From positions 42,782,001-42,846,000 of the forward strand of contig CM052816.1 in the NCBI GenBank assembly GCA_028534125.1: DNA of 64,000 bases, written 5' to 3'. Under the pieces are notes generated by a model, which was not told the DNA's origin, did not search any database, and saw only the letters and a list, made by a program, of their open reading frames with translations. This document shows, in pieces, positions 13,340 through 24,689 of this stretch (position 1 is its first letter; each line of letters starts with the position of its first letter). A program made the translations under genes and the position numbers. The DNA is from Lama glama. Taxonomy: Eukaryota.

Positions 13340-13791
13340 CTAAAAAGGAGAGAAAAACAAAGCTGTAATATTCCTCCCTTCCAACAAGTATGTTGTTTAA
13401 TTACTTAGGATAGTAGAAAATAATTGTTATGAATTAGCTAGAGAAAAAAGTAAATCAAATGCATAAATTAGGAACAAGCTGTCAATATTCCCAGTAACAA
13501 CAAAAGGTATATATCACTATCTGTATACATAGTGAGACAGTTGTGAAATTATTTTAAAAATTGAAAACATGAAAATGAAAATGAAATGTCAATGGAAAAA
13601 ATGAGCTACATTAGACAGTATTCTATTCCATGATAAGTATCTAAGTACTTTAACAGAGTTGTGTGATCAATTCAAAACTTCAGAGTCAATAACCTAAGAA
13701 TCTAGACTCCTTTTTTCCAGTAGTTCATTAGTAAAAATGCCAGTATCTAGTGAGGTAGCCAAATGTTTGTTAAGAACAAATACAACTTTTT

Positions 13792-13874
13792 TTAAAATTG
13801 AAGTGTAGATGATTTACAAAGTTGTATAATTTCTGGTGTACAGCATAGTGATTCAGGTATACATACATATGTAT
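13792..13874 (-). mobile_element. ~83-bp L1 3' tip with perfect 15-bp TSD
   Basis: TSD caaatacaacttttt at 13777-13791 and 13875-13889. Confidence 0.85.
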
Positions 13875-14209
13875 CAAATACAACTTTTTAATATGTATAA
13901 TGATTACAGTTTTGGTAAAAACAATTAAGACTAGACTTCAGTCATACATATCTTCTAGTCATGTATCTTCAAAAAATTCAAATGTCTACTTACTACTTAC
14001 TTAAAAATTATTTGACTCATTTCATTAGACTAGCACTGACTCCCAACAAGTTTTTCAAGGTAGAGCCAGTTGGAACTTTTTAAGAAGACATGAAGTATCT
14101 AAAACTTCAACACTGTTTCCTGTAAAGCAGGGTGCTTTACTACATAATGTATCTGGTTAGAGGTTTTAAAGTAAATTAAATTTGATTTAAGATGATACAT
14201 TTCAAAACA

Positions 14210-15754
14210 CAGGCAGCCCTGCTTTGCATGGTTCAGATACACATGAATATCAGTTTCCAAGGTTTAGTTAAATAACACCAGTTTCCCAACAACAGGGTTC
14301 AAACTTTAGTTACTGATAGCCAAAGTGTCAGAAAAGGAGACCTGATTGAAATAAAAATGTGTTTAATTTGGGGTTTGTTAGGACTGCCGCCTGAGAGAAA
14401 CAGACTTCAAGAAGCACTTCTCAGAGTTCTGCCAGAATTGGGGGGTGGGAAGGCTTATAAAGACAAAAACCTGCAAGGGCGCAGTTAGTCACATGAGTTG
14501 TTTATCAAGATTTAAAATTGGAGCTGACAAAAAGTGAGGAAGTGAAGACGCTTAGACTGGTTGGAGCCCGAAGTGGTTGCATAGTTACAAGGGGAGACCT
14601 TGAGACCCTAAGGTTGCAGCTGGCAGGTGTTTGTTCTGAATATGGCTGGTGGTGTGCCAGAACTGGGGTCTGGTACAGTTCAGAGAAAGTTCAAGTTCTT
14701 AGCAGTGCAGAGATGTGTCTGAGCCCAGGTCCTCAATGGCCATCCAACTCAATTTTCTGTGCCTGACTGTCATTATTCCATTACAATATCAATTTGTCAT
14801 CAGTACCAAGGTATATTAACCATGTGTTATTGCGTGAAGTACAGACTTTCACATTCATATGCTGCTAGTTATTTAGTCTCCAAATCGCTAGTAGGCTATA
14901 CATATGTACCACAATCAGTGATTAATCACATCATTTCTTTCAAAGTTTGTCAACGATTGGTCACTGCACATCTTTTATTCAGTCCATACACAGACTGCAA
15001 AGTGTATAAGTGTGCTGCCTCCTTGTCTCCCAGTGATAAATCCATGTGACATAAAAATGGATAATCAAAAGAGGAAATTGGTCAACAAAGGTGAATGAAT
15101 ATACAGTAAAGAAATAAAAAGTGGTAATCCTGGAAGAGAAATTCGAATTAAACATTAACTGGAGTTATAGAAGAAATAGCTGACCTGGGAACGCTGACAG
15201 TGCCACAGTTTGACACACTCAAGGTACATAGCCAGAGGCACTCAGTAAAAACACACTCGTTGATATAAACGAAGAAGGTCCTCGGGGAAGTGGCACTAGC
15301 AAAACTTCACATTAAAGGAAATCTGAGAAGAATATCATGACATTCAAAATGCAAAGGATAATGTATTGGAAGGTGACCCAAATTTAGAAAGAAATGTGAC
15401 AATCCGCCAAGACAGAGAGAAGATGCTTGCTCTGTATCTTAAGTTACACAGTGAGAAGGCAAGCACTGTTCAAACTACTCTTAATTTGTTTTTCTACAAA
15501 AAACCAAAACATTTTAATTCTCAGTGTTTCTAGTGTCTTCAATTACAGTGCATTAAATAAATCTTTGTTTTACTGTTTTGTCATTTCCTTATACATTTAT
15601 AACCCCAAAGAAGAGTTTCTCATGTTTTGACAAATGTTTTTAGAGTCTTAGAAAAATGGTCATTTTCCCAATTGATTTTTAAGATCTCTTTATATGATTT
15701 CAGCTTGCATCGTCATTTTTACGATCCTGAACCATGCAAAGTGAGGACTGCCTG
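14210..15754. mobile_element. Tc1/mariner (Tigger-type) non-autonomous DNA transposon, interrupted by a solo LTR
   Basis: Terminal inverted repeats caggcagccctgctttgcatggttcag ... ctgaaccatgcaaagtgaggactgcctg. Confidence 0.8.
14314..14780 (-). mobile_element. Solo ERV LTR nested in the Tigger
   Basis: TG...CA ends; 4-bp TSD ttac at 14310-14313 and 14781-14784 (typical of the ERV1 class); strand tentative. Confidence 0.7.
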
Positions 15755-16027
15755 CACTCCTCGGAGAATGTCTTTTAGTTTTTCTTTTTATAGACATACT
15801 ATATGTAAATATATTCAACTTAGAAGTAGGTTCTGAGTTTTAACACATTTTATTTTTGTAACATTGTCCCTTTAGTCTTTGTCAAGCAGTTGTTGGTCAA
15901 GTTTGATTGAACGAGAATATGCAATTTTCACATTTTTCTTTAAAAGTGATAATAAGCACTGAGCAAACAGTAATAACATACCGCTATAGTGCTAACTTCT
16001 CCTTTTGAGCACACACAGTGTACCTAC

Positions 16028-16310
16028 CTTTTTAAGCCAATAAAGAGATGTGTGAAATGTGGAAGATCCAAAATTTTCTCCTGAAGATGGTGAAGGATAC
16101 GGGTGTGGTAAATTTAATCCCAAGTATAGAACAAACGGTTGAGTGTAATTAATTCCTTCCTTTCTTAACCAGTTGACCGCTCTGTCTGTATTCTTCCAGT
16201 CCCTTTGCATTACTCTTACTTTCGTCTTTTTAGGGATAAGGTTAACCATAGGCCTGCCTTCTTGTCTGAGTAAGAAAGCAACATCTCTTGTCCAGGCTTC
16301 TACACGATTG
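16028..16310 (-). CDS. ARSK: ARSK coding exon 4 (283 nt): NRVEAWTRDVAFLLRQEGRPMVNL...LNLPHPYPSPSSGENFGSSTFHTSLYWLKK
   Basis: ccccctcag acceptor, AAG|GTAGGT donor; contains the PHPY sulfatase motif. Confidence 0.97.
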
Positions 16311-17514
16311 CTGAGGGGGCAAAAATACAGGTATATTGTAAGGTATTTTAAAAGTTAAAAAAAAAATCTGTCAATGCATAAATATGAGATTAATATGGAA
16401 AACAATTTTTAGACTTCAGACAGACTGCACTAGATTTCATTAAGTTACTGAGCATTGCAAATTCAAAAACCAAGAAAACCGAAAAAACCCAAAAAACATA
16501 CCAAGGATCAAATATTCATCTATGTTGTTTTTTTTAAACTTAGATTATTTAGGTTACTTTTTCTCATAACAAGATATTCAGTAAAATAAAAAAATTTCAG
16601 ATTCCTAGTATTTCTTGAATTTTCTAGCATTTTTTCTTTTTTTTCTATCAGAATAAGAGATAGTAGTTCTAACTAAAGACTGTAATTTCCTCCTATCACT
16701 AAATTTCTATATTTAATAATTCTTACCTCCCTTGTGTACCTCATGTGTTTTTTGAAGTCTCATGTTTTAAATTGTTTCCTGCTATATCTTTTCTCATTAT
16801 AAGAACAATTTTAACTGTGATTTAAGCTATCTAAGCTAATAGTGATGCAAATTTCTTTTCCATTATAAACTAGATATATTTTCTTTAGCTAATTTAAAAG
16901 CTAAATGATCAATTAAATTTCTCTAAATATTTTATCTCACTACTTGATAAGTAAGTAGTAGTACTACTACTTTTTCTCAATCAATATGTACGTATTTTAG
17001 CTGGCATAATTGTTTAGGAAGCAGTCTTGTACATTTCTAGGATGCTTTTTTTATTAAGTTTTGGTTGAGGCAAACACCTCTGAAGTGCCCTATCAATGAA
17101 AAAAAGAGCTTAAAATATTCAGATATCAACATAGAAATAAGGAATATTTTATATTAAAACAATACTCCACATAAGGGAAATTTCAAAGCCACACAAAATG
17201 ACCAATGGCTCATAGCTGAGCTAAATATAACTTTTATCTGCCTTTGAAGACAGGCAAAGAAATTCAAGCACCATAATAAAAATATAATTTTTATAGTAGA
17301 TATTCAATATAATTTGATAAAAAATGAAAACCAGAATTTGAGCAGAATTACATCTATCTAACAGATTCCAATTAGTTCTGTCCAGCAAATAGAAATCCCT
17401 GAAATAATAAGTTTTGTAAACTTTATCACACTATCAAAACAATCTAACAGTTTCTTAATCTTTTGTTTAAATCATTGCTGAACTCTCACTATATGTGGCT
17501 ATTCTTAGAGTTAC

Positions 17515-18170
17515 TGCAGAAGAGTGGAAAGTTTGGGGTTTATTACACCAGCAGTGTTTTTGTTATGTTAATAAGGTTATTTTGGGACCCCCAGCTAAGG
17601 ATGGGGGCTGGTTGCCAGTCCCAACCAAGAGATTAGAGGGTTGAAACTTTTGGTCCCACCTCCTGAACTCTAGGGAGGGAGGATGATGGAGAGGCGATGG
17701 GGCTTGAGTTCAATCACCAGGGGTCAAAGATTTAGTCAATCTTGCCTGTATATAAAACGCATACAGGAGAGGGCTGGGGAAGGGGAGGACAGTGGTGCGG
17801 GCTTGGAGTGGGCATGGAATCATCGCACCCTCTCCCCATGCATCTCTTCCATCTGGCTGTTCCTATGTCCTTTTATAATAATCTGGTAATGTAGTAGGTG
17901 AAGTTTTTCTCTGAGTTCTGTGAGCCACTGTAGCAAATTAATCATATTCAAGGAAGAGATCATGGGACCCTCTGATTTTATAATTGGTTGGTCAGAAGCA
18001 TAGATGACAACGTGGATTTATGATTTGTGTCTGAAGTTTGGGGGAGGGGCAGTCTTGTAGGACTAAGCTCTTAACCTGTGGAATTGAGTTAAACTGTAGG
18101 ACACCCAATTGGTGTCCAGAGAACTGGTAGTGTGTGGAAACTGCCCCACAGATTGGAATTGGGTGCAGAA
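17515..18170 (+). mobile_element. MER21-like LTR
   Basis: gggggctggttgccag...gattagagggttgaaactt, gagttcaatcacc and ctgagttctgtgagcc motifs; boundaries approximate. Confidence 0.65.
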
Positions 18171-18761
18171 CTCTAACTGGTGATCAGAACCTTTAGCCGG
18201 CTTTGATTAATTCAGGTATAGACTGTTGTCCTGATTATACTCAATTGACCTTAACGATGCAGTCATAAGTGAGTTTAGAACATCTCAAGGAAAGACTTCT
18301 TGCCCTGAAAGATGGTTGTATTGAACTCACAGTACCATCTTTTCCACAGCAATTAATAAGTGTGATTTAATTTAATCTTTCTGGTCAGATTATGCCCCCT
18401 CCCTTTTTAATTTCCTTATTCTGTGTTCATGAGATTCTTTTAACCCAGGTTGGTCTCCGTAAAGATAAAAAGGCTTAAATCAAGTTAATTTTGGTCTAGT
18501 CTTATCATTATGGCTAATTTCAAACTTAGCTTTATTTTTTGCCCTCTTACTAAATAACATGTGATTGCCCTTCTATGTTAGTGGCATCTTTTTTTGCCTA
18601 TTCATGAGTATGTGTGCTTTTGGCATGATTTTGATAACAGCTGGTATTCATGTAGAGGGTAATGAATGCTTTCAGCATTACTAGGGCAGCAGGGACAGGA
18701 TTATGGCTGAAGGTAAATGTTCCAGCCCAAGCCTTCTGGGCCCTTGTTAAGCACAAGAAAG

Positions 18762-18803
18762 CAGTAGACACAGTAGACACAGTAGACACAGTAGACACAG
18801 TAG
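18762..18803. repeat. Perfect tandem repeat (CAGTAGACA)x4.7
   Basis: Read directly from the sequence. Confidence 0.95.
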
Positions 18804-19819
18804 GCTGCTAACAGGAGCTGCTGTTCTCAGCTCAGAGAGTCCCTTTCCCCAGCCCAAAGTTCTCCTGGCTAGTAGCACTAATGAGGAAAACAGGGAAAGA
18901 GAATGTGAATATGTAACCTCATAACTGATGACAATTACTGTGACAGAAAGATAACTCTTAAAATTATACCCCTCTCTACTAACCAACCAACGTCTCCATT
19001 CCTTCTTAACCAGACCACACTGTTGCACCAGGAAATAATATCTTTTGACCATGTGCTTGAACTTACTTTGTCTTATTGTTCAAAGCGTTGTCTCTCCCTC
19101 CCTGCACCCCACCTCCCACCATTACTTGCTATAACCTCCTCCAAATATAAACTTCTAATTAATTGGTCACTGGATGTATTTTGAACAAATTTCTTTCCAT
19201 TCCATTTCCTTGTACTTTGTCTGGAATATTAAGAGTATAGTTTCAATCAGGACAATTGAAAAGGGTATTATTAAGGAGGAGAAACCCAAACTACCTGTGG
19301 TTTAGATACTTTATAATTCAACTGGCTCCTCTCATTATAAATTTACCCTGTTACTTGCAAATAGGCATGAACACACAATGCGTAGTTTCCTATATGCCAC
19401 CATTTCTCAAAGTGTGGCCCAGGGATCTCTGGGAGGTCCCCAAGAGGCTTTCAGTGGGTCCACGAGGTCAAAACTGTTGTCATACTAGTTTTTTCTTTTT
19501 TTTTTTTTCTTTGCCTTTTTCACTCTCAGGCTCTCATGAGTATACAGTGGAGGAGAGCACTCTAATGTAGCCTCAGGTGGGAGCTCAGGCGTGGAGAACA
19601 CCTTTGTCAAAGGAGGTTGTTTTCTATAAACTGAGAGAGGCTTCAATGTGTCATTTTGTGCTCCTCCAGTGGTCCAAGGTTTACTTTACCTCTTTGCAGA
19701 AATATAAGAGGGGCTTCTCTTTTCAAGAGATGTAGCAATAACCACATGTTTCTGATAAAGGTATTCACAATTGGTTACATGTTGTCCTACCTCCCTCTGT
19801 GGTCTTGTCCCTTATGTCT

Positions 19820-19980
19820 TTGCTGCTCCAAGAGTGGTCTACCGACCAGCAGCATCAGCATCACCTGGGAGCTTATTAAACATGCAGAATCTCAGGCCCC
19901 ATTTCAGACCCACTGAATCAACAAGGGCATTTTAAAAGATGCCCAGGTGATCTGCATGCTTATTAAATCTTGAGATGAAC
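19820..19980. mobile_element. MER5A-like hAT-Charlie element
   Basis: accagcagcatcagcatcacctgggagctt...gcagaatctcaggcccc...cccaggtgat. Confidence 0.75.
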
Positions 19981-20974
19981 TGCTCTACATAACAGTGTAA
20001 GACTTTTTATGCAAAAAACCCTTAGTTTTTAAATATGATAATCAAAATAGTTTCCATAGTAGCCCATGAATAGAAGAATTATTCTACCTTGGATCAATTC
20101 CAGAAAACAAATGCACTATCCAACAATCAGCAGTTTGATTAGTTCTTTTTAACAAAACCTCCTAATATAAATTGAAAATAAAACTATCCCATTACCAACT
20201 AATTATTACATAAATTTGTATATATGCCATTGCTGTGTGGGTTTTCTGGCCAATGTGCCAAATTCTACTGCTGCAGCATCGGATACAGCCAGTCCACAGG
20301 TGGCATAGGATTAATTTACACAGTAACAGTCACATCTGAAAAATATCACATGTTAAAATTGATGAGAACATAGTTTTCTTCCAAATGAATTAGGAACCTA
20401 GACTTAAACCTTCAGTTTGCTAAGATTCCAAAGATAATAAACTATCTCAGAATTTAAAGAGTTCCATGGAGATTGAGCTGTTTCTGTGTGTCACACACAT
20501 ACTCATTGTTCTTGATGGGATTTTAACAGCTAAATGTGTCTCCAGTAAGTCTCCTGCATGGAAAAATTACAATTCTGAATCACACCCTTGCAAATTTCAC
20601 TATCAGCATAACAAATTTGCTAAGAGAAAATAGAATCCATATTCATTCCCATTAAATGTTCTTCTCAAAATTGTGAGAAACACACATATCATTTTTTAAG
20701 GGATTCACAAGGCTGTCATCCCTTCATATATGATTACTTACAAAAAGAGTCTGTTTTAGTTGAATGAATAATACCAACTCTGGCAATTCAGGTTGGAACA
20801 TCACTTTTCAATATATATTATTTAAATGCTCAATATATGCATGTTTTCCAATTGATCAAGTGTATGAATTCCAACCATTTTCTATTTTTAGTGAAATAAT
20901 AGTAGCTGGTGCTCCTTAATCTTTTTCATAGAGCTATTCATAAATATGATAAAAATCATGGATTTTTTGCCACT

Positions 20975-21185
20975 AAACAATAATATTAAAACTATATAAT
21001 AATACTTATATAATATAATAATAAATAATATTGATATTATGCATTTTATCTTATAATGAAATAATAATATATTAATAATTATACTATTATATAGGTATTC
21101 TGTTATATATTTTATATTTTATGGTATTTATTATAAATATATTTATGCAACTATATATTGTTATCAAATTATATAATAGTAGATA
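20975..21185. repeat. AT-rich low-complexity tract
   Basis: Almost entirely A/T, degenerate TA/TAA units. Confidence 0.8.
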
Positions 21186-22265
21186 AATTTCAAACGAAAG
21201 TTTTGTTTTGGATGAGTGTTCGGGGGTACTCAGGGATTTCGTGGACTTCAGATTGTGAACTCCTACCTAGCCATTTTGTAGTCTGCTAGTGAGTTCATCA
21301 CTGTGGGAGAAACATTATTTATAACTCTGAATTCCTAGGTGACAGTGACTATAGCCTTTAACAGAATATTTCCTGCAGTTTGGGCTTACTTAAATAAAGG
21401 CAGCCTTTGGGATTACATTTAAAATGTAAGAAAAAATCTTCTCCTTTTTTGATGTCAAAGTAGTGAGTGTGATCTAAACCATTAGAGTTATAATCATAGC
21501 CAAACTATTTTATCACAATTGCTTTTTCCACAAAGTAGCAAATGGTCCTTTATTCTAAGAAGGGTTCTCTGCCTGAGTGGATATGAGGTGGTAGTATCAT
21601 TTTAGTAGCTAAGGAAGTCACCTCGAGTTCCAGCCCAGCCCCTCCCACCTCTTCTTTCTGCTCCGTTAGCTGAGTCGAGTGAAGGAAGAGCATTCTGCAC
21701 AAAAGGACTAGCTTGTGCAGTGGTCTGGAGGGATTAAAAGGCATGTTAAAGAAATTAAAGGTAGATGAAGTACATATTGAAGGAGAGAGTGGTACAAAAT
21801 AAGACTGGAGGTAGGCAGGGGCTAGGTTTTGTAGCATCTTATAAACCATGTTGTGGATTTGGGATTTTAGCCTACCTGCAGAATGATTTTAAGCAGGTAA
21901 GTCATTTGACCAGATGTATATTTTAAAAAAGATGACTCTGGCTGCCTATGGAAAATAGTTCAGATAGAAGAAAATAAGTTATAAGGTCATTTCAATAGAT
22001 TAGGCAAGAGATGACGGTAGGTTGGTGATGATGATAAGTGAATAAACTGGAGAAATATTTTAAAAGTAGAACTGACAACATTTGGTGATACATTAGATGG
22101 GTGGGGAAGAGATGTCAGGATCACTTCAGTGTTTTCAGTATTGATATCTTTTAGCTTTTGGAAGACAGAAAGGGAAAGAGATTTAACATTAACAAGAAGA
22201 GCAAGACTAATACTCAGATTATTCTAGATTTCATAGTAATATGTATCTGTTTACTCCAAACGCAC

Positions 22266-22715
22266 TGTATTAGTTTCCTAGAACTGCTGTAATAAATTAC
22301 CATAAACTGGGTGGCTTAAAACAACAAATTTATTCTCTCATGGTTCTGGAGGCTAGAAACTAGAGATCACAGTATCAGCAAGGCCATGCTCCCTCTGATG
22401 GCTCTAGAGAAGAATTCTTTCTGCCTTCTTCCTAGCTTCCGGTAACTCCCAGCAGTCTTTGCCATTTTTTGGCTTGTAGCTGTGATCACTCCAACCTCTG
22501 CTTCTGTCTTCACACTGCCTTCTCTCTGTGTCCATGTCCATTCCTCTTCTAGTAATCCCTGACACTAGTCAAGGGTTAGGGCTCGCTCTAAATCTAGGAT
22601 GATTCCATCTTGAACCCTTAGCTAATTACATCAGCAAACAGGATAATTCCAAGTAAGGTCATATTTGTAAGTTCCAGGTGGACATGAAGTTTTGGGGAAC
22701 ACTGTTCATCTCAAT
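22266..22715 (-). mobile_element. MLT1 (ERVL-MaLR) LTR
   Basis: tgtattagtttccta...aaattacca..aaactgggtggcttaaaacaaca...ttctggaggctagaa signature. Confidence 0.8.
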
Positions 22716-22859
22716 ATAGTGAACTTTATTTTTAATGAATTAGTTTTCTGGTTCTTACTATAATCATTAGCATCATCATAATCACTGTTATCATTACCAT
22801 AACCCTCAATTAGCACCTGTTAAGCAAGAGGTACTGCTCTAAGATCTTAATATGTATTT

Positions 22860-23406
22860 GTGTCAGGGGTCACAAGTATTGGGAGACCCCAAGATCACAC
22901 CCAAGTTCACTAGAAGGACTCCTGGGATGCAGCACAAAGTTGTACCCATAGTTATGATTGGTTACAGTGAAAGGACACAAAGCAAAATCAGCAAAAGGAA
23001 AAAGTACTTAAGGTGAGTCCACAGGAAACCAGATATGAGTTTCCAAGTGAGTCACAAAGGACACATTTAATCTGTCCAGCATCAAACTATGACAATATAT
23101 GTGAAGTGTTGTTTACCAGAGAATCTTATTAGAAATTCAGTACCCAAGTTGTTAATGGGGGCTAATCATGTAGGTACCCTCTGCCTAGCAAATACTAAAA
23201 GCCAGTCCCAGAAGGAAAGCAGTTGTTTAGCATGAACCACGTTGTACAAATACTCTAGGTACATCCTGAGTCACTTTTATCAGTTAGGGAATAAAGGGAA
23301 CACTCCTAAAATTCAAGTTCCCAGTGTCAGCCAAGGACCAACCTTGAAAGCAAACCTTTCTAAGGATAGCGGTCTCAAACCTGCTATGTTAGCTCTTTTC
23401 TGCACA
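22860..23406 (-). mobile_element. MER21C-like LTR inserted in a MIR
   Basis: Ends ...ctgctatgttagctcttttctgcaca, the reverse complement of the TGTGCAGAAAAGAG.TAACATAGCAGG start; MIR-like sequence on both sides. Confidence 0.7.
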
Positions 23407-23981
23407 TATTCTTTTTGTTTAATCTTCTCAACAAAGAATTTAAAGTTCAGTTAGTTTAGGTAATGTTCCCAAGATTATACTTATACACGTTAGTAGTACA
23501 CAGAGAAACTAGGATTCAAAAGTAGGCAATCTGATTCTTGATCTCTACTTTTATCCACTATGCTTGGTTGCCTAACTTTTGAGGACTTTTTTTTCCTTTT
23601 AAAAAAAGGAAAAAAAAGTTACAATAGACTCACATTGGCAAGAACTAACAAAAGCAATTAGGAAGAAGATTATAGTCTTTAGAACAAATTGTAAAGTCAG
23701 TTAAACAGTAGCCATTATATAAAAAAACTAAATCAAAATAAATCATGGGCTAAACAATTTTATAGACCTTTAATGTTTAAGAGGAACAAAATTACCAGCA
23801 CAGTAGTAATTTTAATATTTTAAGAAGATTAAAGAAAGCTAAAGATTGAGCCAAAATAACACAATTGAGGGATTAAGAGATTTACTTTTACCTGTGTGGA
23901 GAAATAAACAATCAAAAGGAGTACATGTATGTATTATAGCAGAGGGCTGCCTATTAGAATTCTTGTTATTTTCTTTTTTAC

Positions 23982-24141
23982 CTGATGGAGTGATGTCCTG
24001 AGGTATAGTCCAGTTTTCCAAATTTTTGTGTTCGGTAGCCATACTTCTCCATGACATCCATCCATGTTGTATAATTTGGATCTAGGCCCTTAAAGTTATT
24101 CCAGGATTCTGTTAAGTGAGTGAAAAGGCCACTCCACATTG
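23982..24141 (-). CDS. ARSK: ARSK coding exon 3 (160 nt): MWSGLFTHLTESWNNFKGLDPNYTTWMDVMEKYGYRTQKFGKLDYTSGHHSI
   Basis: ttttcccccag acceptor, AG|GTAAAA donor; read by hand because the ORF track shows another frame; GKLD motif. Confidence 0.96.
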
Positions 24142-24554
24142 CTGGGGGAAAACAATGGGGTTAGCGTAAAGCTTAAATATTTGTTTTAATGACTAGGACA
24201 ATTACACTCACAGAAGAGTCTACTAGTTTACAGCTCACATTCTGCAATAAGATATGTGCATTAGGTTTTTAATCTAACATTTTTGATGGTTACATCATTT
24301 TATCAAGGGAAAAACTGAAATGAGTTGCTATTTCCATTTTACAGGTGAGTCTCTAAGGCTTACGGTTAAGTTATTTAAAGTAAATACAGATGGAATTGAA
24401 TATAAACCCTGTCTGACTTGAGTCTTCTTTCAATGATAAAGATAATCATTTAGTATTTCTGGTTAATTTTCCAAGTTGGTCAAATGAAGTACAGCCCTTA
24501 TGTTCCAAAAATCCTCAAGGATTTTCATTATTTCTTGTCCTTGTACTGGCTTGC

Positions 24555-24584
24555 CACACACACACACACACACATACACACACA
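24555..24584. repeat. (CA)n microsatellite with one interruption
   Basis: Read directly from the sequence. Confidence 0.9.
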
Positions 24585-24689
24585 ACCCCCCCCAAGCCCC
24601 CCAAAACAGAACAAAACAAAACTTAAGTGTACTATGTCTTCTCTCCCATATTCTACAGCTATGATTGTTTATTCAGTAAATTTTTCTTC

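Noticed and set aside
18598..19052. ORFs with STVSTV / LLCLLC repeats; repeat array as a possible CRISPR-like structure
   Set aside because: Translation of the 9-mer tandem repeat; there are no spacers, the context is mammalian and no cas genes are present.
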